Shown: positions 37,262-49,814 of the stretch, in pieces
Numbering within the stretch: the stretch's first letter is position 1
Layout: the number at the start of each line of letters is the position of its first letter
Assembly: GCA_963676615.1 (NCBI GenBank)
Contig: OY781092.1
Span: 352,001 to 416,000 of the forward strand
Direction of reading: 5' to 3'
DNA from: Candidatus Cloacimonadota bacterium
Lineage (GTDB): Bacteria > Cloacimonadota > Cloacimonadia > G963667145
DNA: 64,000 nt
Notes under the pieces: generated by a model
Seen by the model: only the letters and a program-made list of their open reading frames with translations
Databases searched by the model: none
What the model was told of the DNA's origin: nothing
Translations under genes and position numbers: made by a program

Positions 37262-38920
37262 CTATTTGGTAACGGCGTCTTCGATGGCTTTGCCCGGCGG
37301 AACGATTGGGTAAACGCAGGCGTCGATGTCCACTTTGCAGTGCAAGATTGCGGCGTCTTGATAGTTTAGGAATTTTTGCACGACGGCGTCGATTTTTTGG
37401 TTTTTGTCCAGATAAAAGTAGCCAAGGTCGTAGGCTTGCGCCAGTTTTTCCCAGTGCGGACCTCGCTCCAGCGTCGTGGCTGAGTAGCGCTTGTCGAAAA
37501 ACAGTGTCTGCCATTGCCGCACCATTCCGAGAGTCCCGTTGTCGATTAGCACGATTTTGATCGGCAGTTTGTAGGCGGTGACGGTCGAGAGTTCGCTCAG
37601 GTTCATTCGGAAAGAGCCGTCGCCTGTGACCAAAATCACGGGAGTTTTGGGGAACGCCATTTGTGCGCCGATGGCTGCTCCTAGCCCGAAGCCCATTGTC
37701 CCTAAGCCTCCAGAGGTGATAAATTTGCGTGGAGCGGTAAATCTGAAATTTTGCGCCGTCCAGAGTTGATGCTGTCCGACATCCGTGGTGATGATGGTCT
37801 GCTCGTCTGCCAGTTGGCTTATTTTTTGGATAATCGCTTGCGGACAAAAATCGCTCGTCGGCTCTGTTTGCGCGTCGTATTTTTCTTTGAGCGCCAAAAT
37901 TTCCCGATTCCACTGCTGGTTGTTTTTTGGCTGAACAAGCTCGGTCAAATCTTCCAAAATTTTGCCAGCGTCGCCAATCAAATTTGTTGCGCTAAGCACA
38001 TTTTTGTCGATTTCCGACTCGTCGATGTCGATGTGTACGACCTGCGCGTTCGGCAAAAAGCTCTCTGGGTCGCTGGTTACACGGTCGCTGAACCTTGCGC
38101 CGACAGCCAAAACCAAGTCGCTTTGCTGGATGGCAACATTGGTGAATTTGGTGCCGTGCATCCCCACAAGCCCTGTGTAGTATGGATAGTCGGGGTTTAT
38201 CGCGCCGAGTCCCATAAGGCTGGAAGTGGCAGGCGAGTCGATTTTTTGCAAAAATTTGTTTAACGCTTTCGACGCCCGAGGATTGTTCACGCCGCCGCCG
38301 AAATAGACATAGGGCTTTTTGCACTGGTCGATTTTTTTGGCGACCTCTTGGAGCTTGTTTTTTGGGGGATGAGCAAGCTCGACCGCCGAAATTTTTGGAG
38401 CTTCATACTCGACTTCTTGCAGGGCGATATTTTTGGGAATGTCGATTAAAACTGCGCCTTTTCTGCCCGAATTGGCGATTTGGAACGCTTTTCTGACAAT
38501 TTTTGCCAAATATTTTGCGTCTTGGACGAAGTAGTTGTATTTGGTGATGCCGATGGTTATGCCGACGATGTCCACCTCCTGAAAGCTGTCTCTGCCGATC
38601 ATCGACAAGGGGACATTGCTGGTGATGGCTACAAGTGGGCTGGAGTCGATGTGGGCGGTGGCGATTCCCGTGATGAGGTTGGTTGCGCCGGGTCCTGATG
38701 TTGCCAGACACACGCCGACTTTTCCCGTCGTTCTTGCGTATGCGTCTGCTGCGTGAGCCGCGCTTTGCTCGTGCGAGGGCAGGATGTTGGCGATTTTGTC
38801 TTGATTTTTGTAAAGTTCGTCATACAATGGCAGAGCCGCTCCGCCTGGATAGCCAAAAACGACGCTAACGCCCTCTTCTATCAAGGTCTTAACGACAATT
38901 TGTGCTCCTGTCAATTTCAT
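37262..38920 (-). CDS. ilvB: Acetolactate synthase large subunit
   Basis: FGYPGG, HEQ, TSGPGATN, GMHG, TDVGQHQ, GDGSF. Confidence 0.96.
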   Translation of the reverse strand: MKLTGAQIVVKTLIEEGVSVVFGYPGGAALPLYDELYKNQDKIANILPSHEQSAAHAADAYARTTGKVGVCLATSGPGATNLITGIATAHIDSSPLVAITSNVPLSMIGRDSFQEVDIVGITIGITKYNYFVQDAKYLAKIVRKAFQIANSGRKGAVLIDIPKNIALQEVEYEAPKISAVELAHPPKNKLQEVAKKIDQCKKPYVYFGGGVNNPRASKALNKFLQKIDSPATSSLMGLGAINPDYPYYTGLVGMHGTKFTNVAIQQSDLVLAVGARFSDRVTSDPESFLPNAQVVHIDIDESEIDKNVLSATNLIGDAGKILEDLTELVQPKNNQQWNREILALKEKYDAQTEPTSDFCPQAIIQKISQLADEQTIITTDVGQHQLWTAQNFRFTAPRKFITSGGLGTMGFGLGAAIGAQMAFPKTPVILVTGDGSFRMNLSELSTVTAYKLPIKIVLIDNGTLGMVRQWQTLFFDKRYSATTLERGPHWEKLAQAYDLGYFYLDKNQKIDAVVQKFLNYQDAAILHCKVDIDACVYPIVPPGKAIEDAVTK

Positions 38921-38947
38921 ATGTTCCTTCTTTTTTTTTGCGATTTT

Positions 38948-40606
38948 TTAATTTTGCAGCACCGCTCCAGTGTCGGCAGATTGCACCATTTTTGCGTAGC
39001 GGGAAAGGTAGCCAGTGGTGATTTTTGGCGGCTTTGGCTGCGTAGTTTTTTTGCGATTTTCCAGCTCTTTTGCATCAATCAGGACATCCAGCGTCCCTTT
39101 GTGCAGGTCGATTTGGACAAGGTCGCCGTCTTGCAGATAGGCGATAGCGCCCAGCGAAGCCGCTTCGGGCGAGATGTGCCCAATGGCAAGCCCTCTTGTC
39201 GCTCCCGAAAATCTGCCGTCGGTCAAAAGCGCAACATCTTTGTCGAGCCCCATGCCAGCCAGCAGCGAGGTCGGCGAGAGCATTTCCCGCATACCCGGAC
39301 CGCCTTTTGGACCCTCGTAGGTGATGGCAATCACATCGCCTTTTTGGATTTTGCCCGCAACAATCGCCGCAACACAATCTTGTTCGCTGCAAAAAACTTT
39401 TGCTTTGCCCGTGAACTGAAAAATCGATTTATCCACTGCCGATTTTTTGATTACTGCGCCGTTTGGAGCGAGATTACCTTTGAGAATCAGCAGTCCGCCT
39501 TGCGCAGAATATGGATTTTCAATCGGTCTTATCGTGTCGAAATCTTTGTTGCTGGCTTGCTCGATTCTGCTTTTTACCGTGCCCAAAACCGTCGGCAGAT
39601 TTGTGTGCAGCAGATTTTTTTTGTCCAGCTCAGCCATCACAGCGGCGATGCCTCCAGCTCGGTCTAAATCTTCGATATGCTTGTCGCCAGCGGGGGAGAG
39701 CTTGCACAAATTCGGCGTTTTGGCGCTTATGTCGTTGATTTTGTCAAGGGGAATGCTCACGCCCGCCTCACGAGCGATGGCTGGCAGATGCAAAATGGAG
39801 TTGGTGCTGCATCCCAGAGCCATATCCACCGCCAGAGCGTTCTCGAAAGCTTTTTGGCTCATAATATCTTTGGGCAAAATATTGTGCTGCAAAAGGTGCA
39901 TAATGCGATAGCCCGTCTCTTTGGCGATGCGGATGCGCTTGCTATACACTGCTGGCACAGTTGCCGCACCGGGCAGCGACATCCCGATAGCCTCGCACAG
40001 GCAGTTCATCGAGTTGGCGGTGAACATCCCCGAGCAAGAGCCGCAAGTCGGGCAACTCTCGTCCTCATACTCTTTGAGCTTTGCCTCGTCGATTTTTTTG
40101 GAATTGTAGAGTCCGACCGCCTCGAAAGTCGAAGCTAAACTCACGGCTTTGCCCGCAACTTTGCCCGCAAGCATCGCTCCGCCCGAGACGAAAATCGCTG
40201 GCAGGTTCAATCTGGCTGCCGCCATCAGCATTCCAGGGACGATTTTGTCGCAATTTGGGATGAAAACCAAGGCGTCGAAACCGTGAGCCATCGCCATAAT
40301 TTCCACAGAATCGGCGATAATCTCGCGTGAGACCAGCGAGTAGTGCATCCCCTGATGTCCCATTGCGATGCCGTCGCAGACGCCGATGGTGTTGAATTCG
40401 ATGGGTGTGCCACCTGCGGCTAAAACGCCCGCTTTCACAGCGGCGGCAATTTTGTCCAGCTCGGTGTGCCCAGGCACGATTTCGTTTTTGGAATTTACAA
40501 CGCCGATAAGCGGCTGCTGGATCTCTCGATCTGTGTAACCACAGGCCTTCATCAAGCTGCGTTGTGGCGTCTTGTCGCTACCTTTTTTTACTACATCGCT
40601 TCTCAT
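38948..40606 (-). CDS. ilvD: Dihydroxy-acid dehydratase
   Basis: [43 protein letters not shown]. Confidence 0.97.
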   Translation of the reverse strand: MRSDVVKKGSDKTPQRSLMKACGYTDREIQQPLIGVVNSKNEIVPGHTELDKIAAAVKAGVLAAGGTPIEFNTIGVCDGIAMGHQGMHYSLVSREIIADSVEIMAMAHGFDALVFIPNCDKIVPGMLMAAARLNLPAIFVSGGAMLAGKVAGKAVSLASTFEAVGLYNSKKIDEAKLKEYEDESCPTCGSCSGMFTANSMNCLCEAIGMSLPGAATVPAVYSKRIRIAKETGYRIMHLLQHNILPKDIMSQKAFENALAVDMALGCSTNSILHLPAIAREAGVSIPLDKINDISAKTPNLCKLSPAGDKHIEDLDRAGGIAAVMAELDKKNLLHTNLPTVLGTVKSRIEQASNKDFDTIRPIENPYSAQGGLLILKGNLAPNGAVIKKSAVDKSIFQFTGKAKVFCSEQDCVAAIVAGKIQKGDVIAITYEGPKGGPGMREMLSPTSLLAGMGLDKDVALLTDGRFSGATRGLAIGHISPEAASLGAIAYLQDGDLVQIDLHKGTLDVLIDAKELENRKKTTQPKPPKITTGYLSRYAKMVQSADTGAVLQN

Positions 40607-40628
40607 AAATCTCTACCTCAAAAATTCT

Positions 40629-41687
40629 TTAAATATTTTCCGCAACCAAATCGCCCATTCGGTCTGTTCCGACCACTTTTTGGTCTTGGGAATTTGTGGC
40701 AATATCTTGGGTGCGATAGCCGTCTTCCAGCACTTTGGTTACAGCGTTTTCGACGCACTTCGCCTCTTGCTCAAGCTCAAAAGTGTGCCGCAGCATCATC
40801 GCCACAGACAAAATTGTCGCCAGCGGATTTGCCTTGTTTTGTCCAGCAATATCGGGAGCCGAGCCGTGAATTGGCTCGTAAAGCCCGAACTTTCCTGTGC
40901 CGACCGACGCAGAAGGGAGCATCCCGATGCTGCCGGTAATCATCGACGACTGATCGGAGAGAATATCGCCAAACATATTGCCCGTGACCAACACATCGAA
41001 CTGCGACGGATCGCGCACCAGTTGCATCGCGGCGTTGTCCACATACATATTTACCAGCTCGATTTCGGGGAACTCTCGGTGAACTTTTTCGACCGTCCGT
41101 CGCCAAAGCCGCGAAGAGTCCAGCACATTTGCCTTGTCCACGCTGGTCACTTTTTTGCCGCGCTTTTTCGCCATCTGAAAAGCCAAACGAGCAATTCGCT
41201 CAACCTCGCTTGTGCGATACAGCAGCGTATCGTAGGCGCTCTGCCCATCGTCCTGCCGCTTGCCAAAATAGATGCCGCCAGTCAGCTCCCGCAAAATCAT
41301 AATGTCGATGCCTTGGCGTGCGATTTCCTCTTTCAAAAGGCAAGCCTGCGCTAGAGCCTTGTGCATTTTCGACGGGCGCAAATTGGCGAAAAGTCCAAGC
41401 TCCTTGCGAATTTTCAGCAGTCCCGCTTCGGGGCGTTTATCGCCTGTGAGGTTGTCCCATTTTGGTCCGCCGACAGCTCCCAGCAGCACCGCATCGGCAC
41501 TTTTACAGATGTCGATGCTCTCTTGTGGCAATGGATTATCAGTAGCGTCCAGCGCCTCTCCGCCGATTTTGGCGTATTCATAGACAAAATCTTTGCCGAA
41601 CTTTTGCCCAACTTTATCTAAAACCTTTATCGCCTCTGCCACGATGTCTGGTCCGACGCCATCACCTTTTAAGACCGCTAGCTTCAT
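40629..41687 (-). CDS. leuB: 3-isopropylmalate dehydrogenase
   Basis: [43 protein letters not shown]. Confidence 0.97.
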   Translation of the reverse strand: MKLAVLKGDGVGPDIVAEAIKVLDKVGQKFGKDFVYEYAKIGGEALDATDNPLPQESIDICKSADAVLLGAVGGPKWDNLTGDKRPEAGLLKIRKELGLFANLRPSKMHKALAQACLLKEEIARQGIDIMILRELTGGIYFGKRQDDGQSAYDTLLYRTSEVERIARLAFQMAKKRGKKVTSVDKANVLDSSRLWRRTVEKVHREFPEIELVNMYVDNAAMQLVRDPSQFDVLVTGNMFGDILSDQSSMITGSIGMLPSASVGTGKFGLYEPIHGSAPDIAGQNKANPLATILSVAMMLRHTFELEQEAKCVENAVTKVLEDGYRTQDIATNSQDQKVVGTDRMGDLVAENI

Positions 41688-42169
41688 CATTTCTCACTCC
41701 TTAATCTGTTCATCAAACCGCCGCTTGCGATAATCTCTTGCATAAACTTTGGAAAAGGCGTCGCTTGATATTTTTTACCCGAGCTCAAATTCTCAATCTC
41801 GCCCGATGCCAAATCCACCTTGATGTTGTCGCCAGCGGAAATCTCCGCCGCCGCTTGTTCGCATTCCAAAATCGGCAAGCCAATATTGATAGCGTTGCGA
41901 TAAAAAATGCGGGCAAAACTTTTGGCGATGATGCAAAAAACTCCCGAAGCTTTGATCGAAATGGGGGCGTGCTCTCGCGACGAACCGCAGCCGAAATTCG
42001 CACCTGCCACGATAATATCGCCGTCTTTCACGCTGCGCGCAAAATCTTCGTCGATGTCCTCCATGCAATGTTTGGCAAGCTCTTGGTGCGAGCTCGTGTT
42101 CAAAAATCGCGCAGGAATAATCACATCCGTATCGACATTATCGCCGTATTTATAAACTTTATTCATCAT
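41687..42169 (-). CDS. leuD: 3-isopropylmalate dehydratase small subunit
   Basis: [35 protein letters not shown]; the ORF-track start extends into leuC. Confidence 0.95.
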   Translation of the reverse strand: MMNKVYKYGDNVDTDVIIPARFLNTSSHQELAKHCMEDIDEDFARSVKDGDIIVAGANFGCGSSREHAPISIKASGVFCIIAKSFARIFYRNAINIGLPILECEQAAAEISAGDNIKVDLASGEIENLSSGKKYQATPFPKFMQEIIASGGLMNRLRSEK

Positions 42170-42194
42170 AAATTGCTCCTTTTTTTTACAGCTT

Positions 42195-43454
42195 TCACAG
42201 CTCTCGTGGATCGCAGATTTCTCCCGCAAGAGCACTGGCGGCAGCCACCGTCGGCGACGCCAAATACACTTCCGATTTTGTATGACCCATTCTGCCCACG
42301 AAATTTCTGTTGGTGGTGGACACGCACTTTTCGCCCTCTGCCAAAATGCCCATATGACCGCCAAGGCAAGGTCCGCAAGTCGGTGTAGAGACCACCGCTC
42401 CAGCGTTTACGAACTGCTGCACCAGTCCTTCTTCGATGGCTTGCAAATAGATTTTTTGCGTTCCGGGCAAGATGATGACTCGCACGCCGTCTGCCACTTT
42501 TTTCCCCTTGAGGATAGCTGCGGCTTGGCGCAAATCCTGCATCCTGCCGTTAGTGCAAGAGCCGATTACCACTTGGTCAATCTTCACGCCCTTCGCTTCT
42601 GCAATAGTTTTCGTGTTCTCTGGCAAAAACGGGAAAGCGACCGTCGGCTCGAGCCTCGCCAAATCGATAGTAAACTCCCGTGAATATTCGGCGTCTTCGT
42701 CCGCAGAAAACTCCGCATATTTTTTGGTGGAATGCTCGTCGATGTATTTTCTGGTCTGCTCATCCACAGGAAAAATGCCGTTTTTGGCGCCAGCCTCGAT
42801 AGCCATATTGGCGATGGTGAACCGATCGTCCATCGAAAGAGATGCCACGCCGTCGCCGCAAAACTCCATCGACTCGTATAACGCTCCGTCCACGCCAATC
42901 ATCCCGATGATGTGCAAAATCAGGTCTTTGCCGCTGACCATCGGTTGCATTTTGCCCGTCAGCGTAAACTTAATCGCCGCTGGCACTTTGAACCAAGTTT
43001 TTCCGCTAGCCATTGCGTAAGCCATATCGGTCGATCCGATGCCAGTGGAAAAAGCTCCCAAAGCGCCGTAGGTGCAGGTATGCGAGTCCGCACCAATCAC
43101 CACATCGCCAGCCACCACCAGCCCTTTTTCGGGCAGCAAACAATGCTCGATTCCCATCTGTCCGACCTCAAAATAGTTCTCAATCTGCATCTCTTTGGCA
43201 AACTCGCGCACTTTTTTGCACTGCTTGGCCGCCTTAATATCTTTGTTTGGCGTGAAATGGTCTGGCACAATCGCCACCTTTTTCTTGTCAAAAACTTGCT
43301 TCACTTTTGCCTTTTTGAACTCGTCAATCGCCACAGGCGTGGTGATGTCGTTGCCCAAAACCAACGACAAATTTGCCATAATCAAATCGCCCGCGCGCAC
43401 GCTCGCAACTCCAGCGGCGTTCGCCAAAATTTTCTGGGTCATAGTCATTCCCAT
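42195..43454 (-). CDS. leuC: 3-isopropylmalate dehydratase large subunit (type 2)
   Basis: [31 protein letters not shown]. Confidence 0.96.
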   Translation of the reverse strand: MGMTMTQKILANAAGVASVRAGDLIMANLSLVLGNDITTPVAIDEFKKAKVKQVFDKKKVAIVPDHFTPNKDIKAAKQCKKVREFAKEMQIENYFEVGQMGIEHCLLPEKGLVVAGDVVIGADSHTCTYGALGAFSTGIGSTDMAYAMASGKTWFKVPAAIKFTLTGKMQPMVSGKDLILHIIGMIGVDGALYESMEFCGDGVASLSMDDRFTIANMAIEAGAKNGIFPVDEQTRKYIDEHSTKKYAEFSADEDAEYSREFTIDLARLEPTVAFPFLPENTKTIAEAKGVKIDQVVIGSCTNGRMQDLRQAAAILKGKKVADGVRVIILPGTQKIYLQAIEEGLVQQFVNAGAVVSTPTCGPCLGGHMGILAEGEKCVSTTNRNFVGRMGHTKSEVYLASPTVAAASALAGEICDPREL

Positions 43455-43459
43455 AATCG

Positions 43460-45025
43460 TTACTCCTTATTCATCAGTTTGTATTCCAGCGAGTCCACCA
43501 GCGCAATCCAGCTAGCTTGGATGATGTTGGTCGAAACGCCCACTGTCGTCCACGAACTGTGTTCATCGCCAGAGGTAATCAGCACGCGGACTTTGGCTTG
43601 GCTGCCCGCTTTTTGATTCAGCACTCGCACTTTATAATCCCGCAAATTCACTCTCTTCAGGCACGGATAAAACCCCTCCAGCGCCATACGCAGCGCCTTA
43701 TCCAAAGCGTTCACTGGTCCGCAACCTTCGGCGGCGGTGAACCCTGGCTTGCCGTTAACCCAAATTTTGATAATCGCCGAAGAAGTTTCGTCGTTGGAAA
43801 CCTGCTCGGCAGCAAAAATTTTGTAATGCCCCAAATCAAAAGACGGGGTAAACAGCCCCAAATGCCGCTTTATCAAAAGGGCAAAACTGGCTTCTGCGCC
43901 CTCGTAAACATAGCCCTGAAACTCCTTCTCCTTGAGAAATTGCACCAGCTCTTTCGCCTTTTCCGAGTCCAACTCCAGATTCGGCACAATCGTCAGCGCT
44001 TTTTCCAAAATCAAACTTTTTCCGCCAACTTCGCTCACCAAAAATCTGCGTTTTCCGCCGATAACCTCGGGGGAGAGATGCTCAAAACTTTGGGAAAACT
44101 TCCGCACACCGTCCACATGCATTCCGCCCTTGTGCGCAAAAGCGCTCTTGCCGACAAAAGGCGTGCGACTCCCGATTCTGATGTTGGCAATCTCAGCCAC
44201 CTGATTTGCGACGCCACTCAAGGCGCTCAAATTTTTTGCAGGAATGCATTTGGCTCCTTTTTTCAGCTGCATATTGGCGATAACCGAGATGAGATTTGCG
44301 TTGCCGCAGCGCTCGCCAAAACCCAGCAGCGTCCCTTGGATATGCGTGGCTCCAGCCAAAATTGCCGCAATGGAGTTGGCAACCGCCATATCGGAATCGT
44401 TGTGAGCGTGGATGCCGATTTTCGCACACTCGCCGAATTTCTCTGTAACTTTTTTGGTAATCTCTTGCACATCTTGCGGAAACTGTCCGCCGTTCGTCTC
44501 GCACAGGCACAACACATCCGCGCCGCCACGCACGGCAGCTTGCAGACACTGCATCGCATAATCGGGGTTGCTTTTGTAGCCGTCAAAAAAATGCTCTGCG
44601 TCAAAAATAACCTCCTTATTTTTGCCCTTCAGGTAGGAAATCGTCTGCTCAATCATCAAAAGATTTTCGGCAAGCTCGCAATTGATGATTTTTTCCACAT
44701 GAAAATCCCAGGTTTTGCCAAAAATTGAGACAACTTGGCAGCCCGACGCCAGTAGCGACTGGAGGTTTTGGTCGTCCTCCGCTTTGCTGAATTTGCGTCT
44801 GGTAGAGCCGAAAGCGACAATTTTGCTGCCGCCAGTGTCGATATTTTTTAGTTGTGAGAAAAAAAGCAAATCTTTGGGGTTCGAGCCTGGATTGCCCGCC
44901 TCGATGTAGCCGATGCCCAAATTGCTGAGCGCTTTGGTGATGGCGAGTTTGTCCTCCACGGAAAAAGAAATTCCTTCTGCCTGCGAGCCGTCCCGCAGGG
45001 TTGTATCCAAAATATCTAGCCGCAT
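43460..45025 (-). CDS. cimA: Citramalate synthase
   Basis: [46 protein letters not shown]. Confidence 0.9.
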   Translation of the reverse strand: MRLDILDTTLRDGSQAEGISFSVEDKLAITKALSNLGIGYIEAGNPGSNPKDLLFFSQLKNIDTGGSKIVAFGSTRRKFSKAEDDQNLQSLLASGCQVVSIFGKTWDFHVEKIINCELAENLLMIEQTISYLKGKNKEVIFDAEHFFDGYKSNPDYAMQCLQAAVRGGADVLCLCETNGGQFPQDVQEITKKVTEKFGECAKIGIHAHNDSDMAVANSIAAILAGATHIQGTLLGFGERCGNANLISVIANMQLKKGAKCIPAKNLSALSGVANQVAEIANIRIGSRTPFVGKSAFAHKGGMHVDGVRKFSQSFEHLSPEVIGGKRRFLVSEVGGKSLILEKALTIVPNLELDSEKAKELVQFLKEKEFQGYVYEGAEASFALLIKRHLGLFTPSFDLGHYKIFAAEQVSNDETSSAIIKIWVNGKPGFTAAEGCGPVNALDKALRMALEGFYPCLKRVNLRDYKVRVLNQKAGSQAKVRVLITSGDEHSSWTTVGVSTNIIQASWIALVDSLEYKLMNKE

Positions 45026-46539
45026 AACAACTCGATTTTGTTCACGGCGTTGAGGAACGCCTTAATGCTGGACTCCACCACATCTGTGGCAAGCCCATAG
45101 CCGCTGGCGGACTTTTTGTTCTCCAGATTTTGCAGGGTGATGCTCACCTGCCCTTGGGCGTCTTCGCCGCTGCCGACAGCCTTAACGATGTAGCGCTCCA
45201 GCGTGTATTTTTGCGCGATAAGCTCTTCCATCGCCTTGAAAGCCGCATTGACCAAACCGTCGCCCTGACTCGTGCAAGAGAGACAGCCGTTTTTTTCGTC
45301 CAAAAGCGAAATGCTCACCGTTGGCGTGATGTTTTTGCCAGATTTAAAGGTAAAGTCTTCCAGCAAATAGCGGGGCTTTTGCGTGCTGCTGACCTTGTTT
45401 TGCGCCAAAGCTTCCAAATCCAAATCGGTAATCTCTTTCTTTTTATCCGCCAAATTTTTGAAATTGACAAAAAGTTCGCCCAGTTGCTGCGAGTCAAAAC
45501 TGTAGCCCAGCTCGCCTAGCTTTTGCTCAAAAGCGTGCTTGCCCGAATGCTTGCCCAAAACGAAAGCGTTCTGATGAACGCCCACCGACTGCGGCGTCAT
45601 TATCTCATAAGTCTCCTTGTTCGCCAGCACGCCGTGCTGATGGATGCCCGCCTCGTGCGCAAAAGCGTTCTGCCCGACAATCGCCTTGTTCGCCTGCACA
45701 AGACTGCCCGTAATCGAGCAAATCATATTGGAACTGTGCGAAATCTCTTGCGTGGTGATGTTCGTTTTTTTGCCGAAGTGATCGTGTCGGACAGCCAAAC
45801 TCATCACCACCTCTTCCAAAGCGGCGTTTCCAGCTCGCTCTCCGATGCCGTTAATCGTGCACTCCACCTGCTCTGCGCCCGCTCGCACAGCCGCAAGCGA
45901 GTTGGCTACCGCAAGCCCCAAATCGTTGTGACAATGCACAGAAATCGTCGCTTTGTCGATATTCGGCACATTTTCGCGCAAATACGAAATCAGCCGAAAA
46001 AACTCGTCAGGCGTCGTGTAGCCAACCGTGTCGGGAACATTGATAATCGTCGCTCCAGCGTCGATAACGGCGGTAAACACCTGCACCAAATAATCTCGAT
46101 CGCTGCGGGTGGCATCTTCGGCAGAAAATTCGATCTCGGGGCACAAAGATTTTCCGTATGCCACCATCTGCACAGCTCTCTGCAAAGCCTGCTGGCGGCT
46201 CATCTTCAGCTTATACTCAAGGTGAATATCGCTGGTGGCGATAAAAATGTGGATTCTGGGCTTTGGCGAATGTTGCACCGCCTGCCACGCGCGGTCGATA
46301 TCCTGTTTGCTGGCTCTGGCAAGCGAGGCAACCCCAGTTTTCGTAAGCGTTTTGGCAATTTGGGAAATCGACTCAAAATCTTCGTTCGACGAAATCGCAA
46401 AACCAGCCTCAATCACATCAACGCCGAGCTTCTCGAGCTGGAGCGCCATCTGCAGCTTCTCCTGCAAACTCATTGAACACCCCGGCGACTGCTCGCCGTC
46501 TCGCAGCGTCGTATCGAAAATTTTGATCGTCTTGGACAT
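45016..46539 (-). CDS. leuA: 2-isopropylmalate synthase
   Basis: [40 protein letters not shown]. Confidence 0.96.
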   Translation of the reverse strand: MSKTIKIFDTTLRDGEQSPGCSMSLQEKLQMALQLEKLGVDVIEAGFAISSNEDFESISQIAKTLTKTGVASLARASKQDIDRAWQAVQHSPKPRIHIFIATSDIHLEYKLKMSRQQALQRAVQMVAYGKSLCPEIEFSAEDATRSDRDYLVQVFTAVIDAGATIINVPDTVGYTTPDEFFRLISYLRENVPNIDKATISVHCHNDLGLAVANSLAAVRAGAEQVECTINGIGERAGNAALEEVVMSLAVRHDHFGKKTNITTQEISHSSNMICSITGSLVQANKAIVGQNAFAHEAGIHQHGVLANKETYEIMTPQSVGVHQNAFVLGKHSGKHAFEQKLGELGYSFDSQQLGELFVNFKNLADKKKEITDLDLEALAQNKVSSTQKPRYLLEDFTFKSGKNITPTVSISLLDEKNGCLSCTSQGDGLVNAAFKAMEELIAQKYTLERYIVKAVGSGEDAQGQVSITLQNLENKKSASGYGLATDVVESSIKAFLNAVNKIELLCG

Positions 46540-46570
46540 CGTCCCTCCTTACTTTTCCTCTAAAAAAAAA

Positions 46571-47578
<1,008 letters not shown>

Positions 47579-48079
47579 TTACAATAATTTACTCTCAATT
47601 GTTTTTTTCATAGCCGTTACGCCGGTTTGAATATACTCCAAAATTTCAAAATCTTTTAGCGCGTGCAAAAGATCGTCCACATTCTTTTCTCCGCCGACAA
47701 ACTCCAAAATCAGCGCGCCGTCTCCAAAATCGATGATTTTCGCGTTAAAATTCCGTGTCAGTCGCAAAATTTGGTTGGTATCTTCGAGTTTGTTCAGCCG
47801 CAGTTTAATCAGGCACAAATCTTGAATAACCGAATCTTCCCTCGTGTGGCAAGTCACCTGAATCACATCCAAAAGCTTGTTCAGCTGCCGAATAATCTGC
47901 TCCAGCATTTGCTTATCCTCGATTACCTCGATGGTCATCCGCGAGCGTTTGGGCTCTTCGGTGATGCCCACAGAAAGCGAGTGAATATTGTAGCCTCTTC
48001 TGGTAAAAAGCAGCGCGATTTTGCTCAGCACACCCGAATGATTTTTTACCAGTAACGATAGCACTCGTTTTTTTTGCAT
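47579..48079 (-). CDS. ilvN: Acetolactate synthase small (regulatory) subunit
   Basis: N.SGVLSKI..LF.RRGYNI.SL, QLNKLLDV, C-terminal TG. Confidence 0.92.
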   Translation of the reverse strand: MQKKRVLSLLVKNHSGVLSKIALLFTRRGYNIHSLSVGITEEPKRSRMTIEVIEDKQMLEQIIRQLNKLLDVIQVTCHTREDSVIQDLCLIKLRLNKLEDTNQILRLTRNFNAKIIDFGDGALILEFVGGEKNVDDLLHALKDFEILEYIQTGVTAMKKTIESKLL

Positions 48080-48128
48080 ATATTTCTCCTTAAAATTATA
48101 GAAAAAGTTTTGAAAGTTTTTGATTTAC

Positions 48129-48166
48129 GCTGCCTTTATAAAACCCCTTTTGGGCATAAAGACAGC
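48129..48166 (-). promoter_or_regulatory. Attenuator-like hairpin beginning at the leader-peptide stop codon
   Basis: Minus strand GCTGTCTTTAT-GCCCAAAAGGGGTTTT-ATAAAGGCAGC: 11-bp outer stem (one G-U) and inner CCC/GGG. Confidence 0.6.
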
Positions 48167-48255
48167 TAAACGAGGACAATAATAATGCAAATGACAGAAA
48201 TCAAGCGTAGCACGACTCTGAGCGAGACAGAAGAAAGAAACAAATTCTTAAACAT
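48166..48255 (-). CDS. ilv-leu operon leader peptide, MFKNLFLSSVSLRVVLRLISVICIIIVLV (29 aa)
   Basis: 17 of 29 residues are Ile/Leu/Val; AAGGTG RBS-like sequence upstream; lies between the promoter motif and ilvN. Confidence 0.8.
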   Translation of the reverse strand: MFKNLFLSSVSLRVVLRLISVICIIIVLV

Positions 48256-48318
48256 AAAACTACACCTTGATTATTAAATTCAATATCCGCTTTTAGAACA
48301 CGAATATTGTTTGAAAGA

Positions 48319-48347
48319 CAAACTTGTTTGGGGTGTGCTTTTGTCAA
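48319..48347 (-). promoter_or_regulatory. Putative ilv-leu promoter, TTGACA-N17-AGTTTG
   Basis: Perfect -35 hexamer upstream of the leader peptide. Confidence 0.55.
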
Positions 48348-48410
48348 AGAAAAAAACGCACTATTTTTTTTGGGAAATTCGTTATCTGATTGATAACAAA
48401 ATAGTTACGC

Positions 48411-48449
48411 AAAAAAATCGGAGCCTCACTTTCGCAAAGCTCCGATTTT
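48411..48449 (-). terminator. Intrinsic terminator after the HTH-PTS IIA gene
   Basis: AAAATCGGAGC...GCTCCGATTTT inverted repeat with a T7 tail on the minus strand. Confidence 0.8.
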
Positions 48450-48465
48450 AGTTTGTTTTTTTTCT

Positions 48466-49134
48466 TTAGAAATCGAATTTCGGGTTGAGCAAAGTTTGAT
48501 AAACTTCCTCTGGGTCGCTGCTGGTCTTCAGCGTCCGCATATTTTCTTTGTTGAGCATCACTTTGTTCAGATACGAAAGCGAAAAAAGATGCTCCTTCTC
48601 GTTGCGCAAAAGCAGTAAAAACATCAGATGAACGGGCTTGTTGTCGATCGCTCCAAACTCAATGCCTTGCGGCGAGCGAGCCAGCAGGACACTGGGCGAG
48701 CTTATCTTCGTGGGATGCGGCGCTCTGGTGTGCAAAAATGCGATACCGTCGCCAACGGCTGTCGAAGCCATATTTTCGCGCGCCACAATCGTCTCGTTTA
48801 GCCAGCGATGATTTTGCACAATTTGGCAATCTTTGGCGAAGCTAGAAATCTTGGCGATAGCGTCAAACTTGTTGTCGGCGTCGAAATTCAGGTCGATATA
48901 CTCGGGCTTAATATAGTCCGAAAAGCGGCAAGTAATCCGCTGAATCGCCAGCTGATTTTGCCCCTCTTCCTCCAAATTCGAGATCCACTCATCAATTTTG
49001 TCTTTGTCCAGCTTCACGGTTTTGCCCGATTTCACCGTCTCAAAGCCGTGCACTTTAATCAGCTCGTTCAATATCGTCTCGTTGACCCTCAGATAAGCCA
49101 TACATTTTTTGAAAGTTATAAGATTTTTAGCCAT
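48466..49134 (-). CDS. PTS EIIA (Ntr/Fru-type) domain protein with an N-terminal excisionase-like HTH
   Basis: N-terminal .AYLRV.E..L...DKIDEWI; RENMASTAVGDGIAFLH; FGAIDNKPVHL.FLL. Confidence 0.8.
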   Translation of the reverse strand: MAKNLITFKKCMAYLRVNETILNELIKVHGFETVKSGKTVKLDKDKIDEWISNLEEEGQNQLAIQRITCRFSDYIKPEYIDLNFDADNKFDAIAKISSFAKDCQIVQNHRWLNETIVARENMASTAVGDGIAFLHTRAPHPTKISSPSVLLARSPQGIEFGAIDNKPVHLMFLLLLRNEKEHLFSLSYLNKVMLNKENMRTLKTSSDPEEVYQTLLNPKFDF

Positions 49135-49148
49135 AATGCCTCCATAGT

Positions 49149-49814
49149 TTATATTTTTTTGTAGAGGAAAAAGTTGGGCGCAAACCCTTGTTTCAGCTTC
49201 AAATTTTCGAAATAGGTCGATTTGCGATTTTCCAACAATCTCGCTTGTTCTTCTTTTGGCAACTTCTCCAGCCTTTTTTCGCCCGAAAGTGCCTCGTGGA
49301 TTTGAGTTGCGTAATCTTTGTCGTCGGTGATGATTTGCAAAATTCCGCCTTTCTGCAACAATTCTGGCAGAAGCGCCACAAACTCCTGATTGATGAGTCG
49401 GTTTTTGTTGTGCCGTGCTTTCGGCCAAGGGTCTGGATAGTTGATATAAATTTTTGCAAAAGCTCCAGTTGGGAAAATTTTTATCGTCTGTTTGTCCAAA
49501 AAAAGCCGCAAAAGCCGCACATTCGCATTTTTTTCTAGGTCTAGTTTTTGAATAATGGACACGATTCGCTTCTGTTTTGCCTCTATTCCCAAAAAATTTA
49601 CTCGCTCTTCGACCAGCGATTTGTGGGCGATAAACTCGCCTTTGCCGCTGCCGATTTCCAGCTCTGTCGGGTTTTTGCTTTTGGCAAAAATCTCTTCTAG
49701 ATCCAAACGCACCTGCAGAAGTTCATCTTTTTCGCTTGGCAGTTGCAGAACAAATTTTTCCAGCTTCGCTTTGATGTCTTCTCTGGTGAGCAGATTTGTC
49801 CACCCTCTAGCCAT
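49149..49814 (-). CDS. trmB: tRNA (guanine-N7)-methyltransferase
   Basis: LEIGSGKGEF, NFLGIE, YPDPWPKARH..NRL, TD. Confidence 0.93.
   Translation of the reverse strand: MARGWTNLLTREDIKAKLEKFVLQLPSEKDELLQVRLDLEEIFAKSKNPTELEIGSGKGEFIAHKSLVEERVNFLGIEAKQKRIVSIIQKLDLEKNANVRLLRLFLDKQTIKIFPTGAFAKIYINYPDPWPKARHNKNRLINQEFVALLPELLQKGGILQIITDDKDYATQIHEALSGEKRLEKLPKEEQARLLENRKSTYFENLKLKQGFAPNFFLYKKI

Noticed and set aside
36636..37913. Extended N-termini in the ORF track (LysE 425 aa; also leuD, PTS IIA, AI-2E, deoB, cdd, U32, phoA)
   Set aside because: The extensions overlap upstream genes or regulatory DNA; internal ATGs match the family starts.
48080..48300. T-box riboswitch ahead of the ilv-leu operon
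   Set aside because: No AAGGTGGxACC T-box sequence; a leader peptide explains the region better.
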